DNA from: an uncultured Thermoleophilia bacterium
GTDB taxonomy: Bacteria; Actinomycetota; Thermoleophilia; UBA2241
Direction of reading: 5' to 3'
Assembly: GCA_963798285.1 (NCBI GenBank)
Contig: CAWCSR010000003.1
Location: 500-64,499, forward strand
DNA: 64,000 bases
The translations under genes were made by a program, and so were the position numbers. A model generated the notes under the pieces. It did not search any database. It saw only the letters and a program-made list of their open reading frames with translations, and was not told where the DNA came from. Positions 60,155 through 64,000 of this stretch are shown here, in pieces. Each line of letters opens with the position of its first letter. The first letter of the stretch is position 1.

Positions 60155-60515
60155 TCAGTAGTCGCCGCCCTCCGGCACGATGCAGACGAAGGACAGCGGC
60201 GCACCGGCTGCGGCGCGGAACTGGTGCTCGTGGTTTGGCGGCACGTAGGCGTACCGAGCCAGCCTCCAGCGGGTGCTCTTCCCCGTCGAGGAACAGCACC
60301 CCGGCCCCGCCGGCCACGAAGTTGATGTGCGGCCAGTCGTGCGAGTGCTTCGGCGTGTGCCCGCCGGGCTCGACGTCGAACAGGCGCATCACCCACCCGT
60401 CCCACCCTTGCTCGGGCGAGACCAGCACGCGTTTGACGACGCCCTCGATGCCGTCGCCGGCCATCTCCGTGGCGGCGACGTCCGCCTTCTTCCCTACCAC
60501 CCAGCGATCGCTCAC
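60155..60515 (-). CDS. Cupin-domain protein (frameshifted)
   Basis: MRLFDVEPGGHTPKHSHDWPH...EHQF...FVCIVP. Confidence 0.8.
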
Positions 60516-60713
60516 GGGTCGCTCCTGTCGGTCGCGGATCATCCTCGGGCGGACTCTACCCGCCACGAGCCTCCCGGGACACACGGACTGCGCGGCGCAC
60601 GCCTCCTGCATCCTTCGAGGAGTCCTTCAACGAACGCGACCCGACTCGTGTGGAAGAGGTGTGCGCCGACGGCCGACCGACGGCGCACCGGGGCTCCGGC
60701 CCCGGGCGGACCG

Positions 60714-62768
60714 TCAGCGCGATGGCTCGTCCGCATGGGCCGCGGTCCCGGCCGGACGGCGGACGTACAGCACGACGGCGAGCCCGAGGAGCATGGCGAC
60801 CAGGATCGCCGCCCACCACCAGGGGTGCCCTGCCCCGGACTCGCTCGCGACGGGCGCCGGCGCAGGCGGCTCGAGCATCCCGCGAGCCACGGTGACCAGC
60901 CGGGCGGCCGAGACGGCGCCGGTGCGCGCGTAGAGGTGGTACGTGACGGTCCCGTCACGCCAGAACACCTGCGCCGGGACGTGCGAGTCGCCGTCCTCCG
61001 AGGAGTCCGCGGGGATCACGCCGGCCCGCGCCACGCCCACGATGCGCCGGTCCAGCGTCGTCACCTCGTAGGGCAGCCGGCGTCCGTCTGCGTAGACCAT
61101 CATGTCCCTCGACTCGGCCAAGAGCTCCGCCAGCACCGAGCTCGACGCGTCTCTGGCTACCCCGGTGTTTACGACCAGCTCGACGCCGGAGTCGTAACGC
61201 ACGTCGTACGTCCGCTTCGAGAGCGAGTCCAAGGCGGTCGGCCTGCCGACGAGGTCCTCGCCCGGCAGGACCGCCGAGGCGCCGTCCGGCGTGCGGATGT
61301 CCGCGAGTGACGCCGGCTGCCGGAACGGAGCATGGTCCGTGGGGAACGCGGCGTACTGGTCGACGCCGATGAGGTCCCCTCCGGCCACGTTCTCGGCGTC
61401 CTGCTGCGCCTGCCATTCGGCCGGCCGGGAGGCAAGAGTGAGCCCGACGCCGGCCGGGCCGGCCCACGCCGGCAGCCGGCCCGTCGCCCTGTCGCTGCTC
61501 AGCAGGTCGGCGAAGCTCGCGTAGCCCGGCGCCGGCGCGCTTCCGAACTCGACCTCGGAGACGGCGACCGCCGGATAATCCGTACCGGGGTAGATGTCGT
61601 CGACCGTCAGACGCACCGTGGTGGTCGTGACGTCCACCGGATACCGCTGGAGAACGGGTGCGTCCTTCAGGTGCAGCGTGACGGTGCTGCCGTCGGAAAA
61701 CGTCGCCGTCAGCGTCTTTGGGCGGCCGTACTTCTTGAACGCCGCGATGTAGGCGTTGTCACCGGAGACGATCCGCAACTCCCGCAGCCGGCGCGGCCGC
61801 AGGAACGTGGCCTGCGCCCACGGGTGATCTCCCTGGGTCAGCGGTCCGGCCACCCAAGCCGAGCTGAGCACGCCGTCCTGCAGGCAGAAGGGGCCGCCGC
61901 TTGCTTCGAACACCGGGGCGCGATCCGATGCGGTCCACTTCGCCGGCTTCGGGCCTCGCCGATAGACGCTGGAGAACCCGAGCACGACGTCCGACCCTTT
62001 CTGCGGCGCCCACCATTCCGCACCGCTGGCGGACGCCGGCTCGAAGTCCACGAACCGCCACTGCCAGGTGTCCGGAAGCGGCCGCGTCCACGCCGGCGTC
62101 GTCACCGGCACGTCCTTCGCGGCCTGTGCGGCGGTCAGGCCGAGGCCGCTCCCCTGGAATGTGTCGGCGAACCGGTATCGCACCACCGCCGTCCCGATCG
62201 GCCCCTTCCACGTCGCTCCGGTGTGCAGCCAGTACTCGTACCAGCTCGCCGTGCCGCTCGCCGTCGCCCCGACTCCCTTCTGGCGGAGCAGAGCCGTCGC
62301 GGACTCCTGGCCGAGGTAGCTCACGGTGATCATGCTTCGTCCGTGCGGAAAGCGCGCCCTGTGCACGAAGTAGCCGCGCGGCGGCCGGCCGGCGCCGAGC
62401 CTCCCGACCGCAACTGCCCGGACGGCCAGTGGCCGGTTGCCCTGCCAGGCCTGGAAGCCGATCGGCCGCTCCGGTCCGCGCTCGCTGGCGACGGTGCTCG
62501 AGAAGGGAAAGCCGAGCCTCACGGTGCGCGCCGGGCCGTCGTTGACGAAGCGGAAGTCCACGCGGTACTCGGCGAAAGACCCGAAGCAGACCGCCTGCAC
62601 GGTCTCGGCGTCGAGGCGGATGTCGCCGGCGGGGACGGCCGAGAGAGTGCCGCCGGTCGCACCGAGAGACGTGTCGTCGGCGCGCGCAGGCCCCGGCGCG
62701 AGAAGCCCGCACAGCCCGGCCAGCACTGCGACCAACCAGACCACGGATGCGAGCTTCGCCTTCTTCAC
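60714..62768 (-). CDS. Secreted, C-terminally anchored protein (DUF4424-like plus discoidin-like domain)
   Basis: Signal peptide; IRLDAETV...F.F.N...GFP; YWLHTGATWKGPIG; DG..SSAW...IYPG..Y...VSEVEF; C-terminal TM helix. Confidence 0.75.
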   Translation of the reverse strand: MKKAKLASVVWLVAVLAGLCGLLAPGPARADDTSLGATGGTLSAVPAGDIRLDAETVQAVCFGSFAEYRVDFRFVNDGPARTVRLGFPFSSTVASERGPERPIGFQAWQGNRPLAVRAVAVGRLGAGRPPRGYFVHRARFPHGRSMITVSYLGQESATALLRQKGVGATASGTASWYEYWLHTGATWKGPIGTAVVRYRFADTFQGSGLGLTAAQAAKDVPVTTPAWTRPLPDTWQWRFVDFEPASASGAEWWAPQKGSDVVLGFSSVYRRGPKPAKWTASDRAPVFEASGGPFCLQDGVLSSAWVAGPLTQGDHPWAQATFLRPRRLRELRIVSGDNAYIAAFKKYGRPKTLTATFSDGSTVTLHLKDAPVLQRYPVDVTTTTVRLTVDDIYPGTDYPAVAVSEVEFGSAPAPGYASFADLLSSDRATGRLPAWAGPAGVGLTLASRPAEWQAQQDAENVAGGDLIGVDQYAAFPTDHAPFRQPASLADIRTPDGASAVLPGEDLVGRPTALDSLSKRTYDVRYDSGVELVVNTGVARDASSSVLAELLAESRDMMVYADGRRLPYEVTTLDRRIVGVARAGVIPADSSEDGDSHVPAQVFWRDGTVTYHLYARTGAVSAARLVTVARGMLEPPAPAPVASESGAGHPWWWAAILVAMLLGLAVVLYVRRPAGTAAHADEPSR

Positions 62769-62975
62769 AGCCCCTCCAGCCGCGCCGAGCCGATGCCGCC
62801 TGTCCGATGTTCACCATACTGCGGGAATCCGCCCGTGGACAGGCCCTGGTCGTTAGACGGACGGCTGCGCGCCGGCCAGCGGCGCACGCCGGTCCGCGGC
62901 GGTCGGCCGCGGCGCGCCGCGCACGAGGTGACCGGCCGCTGCGCGCCGCTCACGAAGCAGGCCGCCCGGATGGAT

Positions 62976-63341
62976 CTACCCGGCTCCCCCGCCGACCTGC
63001 TCGACCCGGTACGCCACCATGCGCCGGATGAGGTCGGCGGGCAGCGGCTGTCCGTACGGGAACTGCACGGTGCCCCTCCCGCCCTTGTACGCCTTGAGCT
63101 CACCGGCGAAGGCGTCCGCCCCGCTGCCGGTCGGAAAGAAGCTCAGGTGATTCTTGAACGCGGCGAAGTGGCAGAGGTGCCTGCCGTGCAGATCGAAGGT
63201 CGGGATGGCGTAGCTGATGGTCTCGTCGGCATCCGGAGCCTCGGCGCGGATGAGCGCGCGGATCTCCTCCAGGACGGCGCGTGTCTCGGGCGGAGACTCG
63301 GCGATGTACTCGTCGATGTTCGCGGCGGTCGATCTGGGCAT
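62976..63341 (-). CDS. DUF1801/YdhG-like protein
   Basis: IDEYI...R.LI...AP.A.ETISYAIPTF...FAAFKNHLSFFP...GTVQFP..QPLP. Confidence 0.88.
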   Translation of the reverse strand: MPRSTAANIDEYIAESPPETRAVLEEIRALIRAEAPDADETISYAIPTFDLHGRHLCHFAAFKNHLSFFPTGSGADAFAGELKAYKGGRGTVQFPYGQPLPADLIRRMVAYRVEQVGGGAG

Positions 63342-63481
63342 GCGCGTCTTCCTCCAGGTCTCAGCATCAACGTGGGCGGTAGTCACTGCTGAGAAGATGC
63401 GCCGCCAGCGGAGGACGTCAAACCGGCCGCGTTCATCCCCCCACGCGCGCAACACCGGGGCCGGTCGTCAGCGCGTTCTGG

Positions 63482-63979
63482 TCACTCCTCACCTTGCTCT
63501 CCCTGCAGCAGGACCGACAGAGGTTCGTCGAACCTGCGCGTGGAGACTCCGGCCAGGCGGAACAAGGTCCTCGCAGCCGCAGCGATATCGGAGTCGCGGT
63601 ACTTGTCGGAGAGGAACACCACCTCGGTGATGCCCGACTGAATGATCGCCTTCGCGCACTCGTTACACGGGAACAGCGTGGTATAGATGGTGCAGCCGGC
63701 GAGGTCGGCGCTGTTGCGGTTGAGGATCGCGTTCAGCTCCGCGTGGCAGACGAACGGGTACTTGGTCTCGAGCGGGGCGCCTTCTCTCGACCAAGGGAGC
63801 TCGTCGTCGGAGCAGCCGGACGGAAACCCGGCGTAGCCGACGCCGACGATGCGCCGGCGCGGGTCGACGATGCAGGCGCCGACCTGGGTGCTCGGGTCCT
63901 TGCTCCGCTGCGCGGAGAGGAGCGCCACCGCCATGAAATACTGCTCCCACGACAGGTATCCCTCACGCTTGCCGCTCAT
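63482..63979 (-). CDS. dCMP deaminase
   Basis: [29 protein letters not shown]. Confidence 0.94.
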   Translation of the reverse strand: MSGKREGYLSWEQYFMAVALLSAQRSKDPSTQVGACIVDPRRRIVGVGYAGFPSGCSDDELPWSREGAPLETKYPFVCHAELNAILNRNSADLAGCTIYTTLFPCNECAKAIIQSGITEVVFLSDKYRDSDIAAAARTLFRLAGVSTRRFDEPLSVLLQGEQGEE

Positions 63980-64000
63980 GCTGCACCTCCGTCGCTGAAG

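Overview
Very GC-rich bacterial DNA, probably Actinomycetota (Thermoleophilia-like; inferred from gene content and codon style). Many conserved genes carry 1-bp frameshifts, most likely long-read consensus errors. The first ~12 kb is a tRNA cluster (Pro-TGG, Gly-TCC, Arg-TCT; minus strand) carrying two integrated elements. Element 1 (partial, 1-~2985) sits at the tRNA-Arg 3' end: integrase, excisionase-like HTH, and an HTH replication initiator with iteron-like repeats. Element 2 is a complete ~8.8 kb phage-satellite-like island (3197-12003) bounded by a perfect 45-bp tRNA-Pro direct repeat. It encodes an integrase, AlpA/Xis, a split primase whose Toprim-ATPase part ends in an FtsK-gamma-like domain, an HK97-type major capsid protein, a prohead protease and two Zn-finger paralogs around a cos-like site. 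No portal, terminase, tail or repressor gene is recognisable. The rest is host chromosome: a lexA-ZnF-LysM operon with two SOS boxes, satP, a protein O-mannosyltransferase, an arginine/ornithine catabolic set in two blocks (orr-arcE-like-OTC and ord-ortAB-oraSE-reactivase) that share a palindromic operator, a DUF4405-Tat-ferredoxin fusion, lhr-nei, an S8 protease, MerR-REC plus KaiC-like ATPase between two YkgJ paralogs, addBA, RNase P RNA, a pentose-phosphate operon (tal-pgi-gnd-zwf-pgl) and dCMP deaminase. All family names come from motif recognition by eye; no database search was run.
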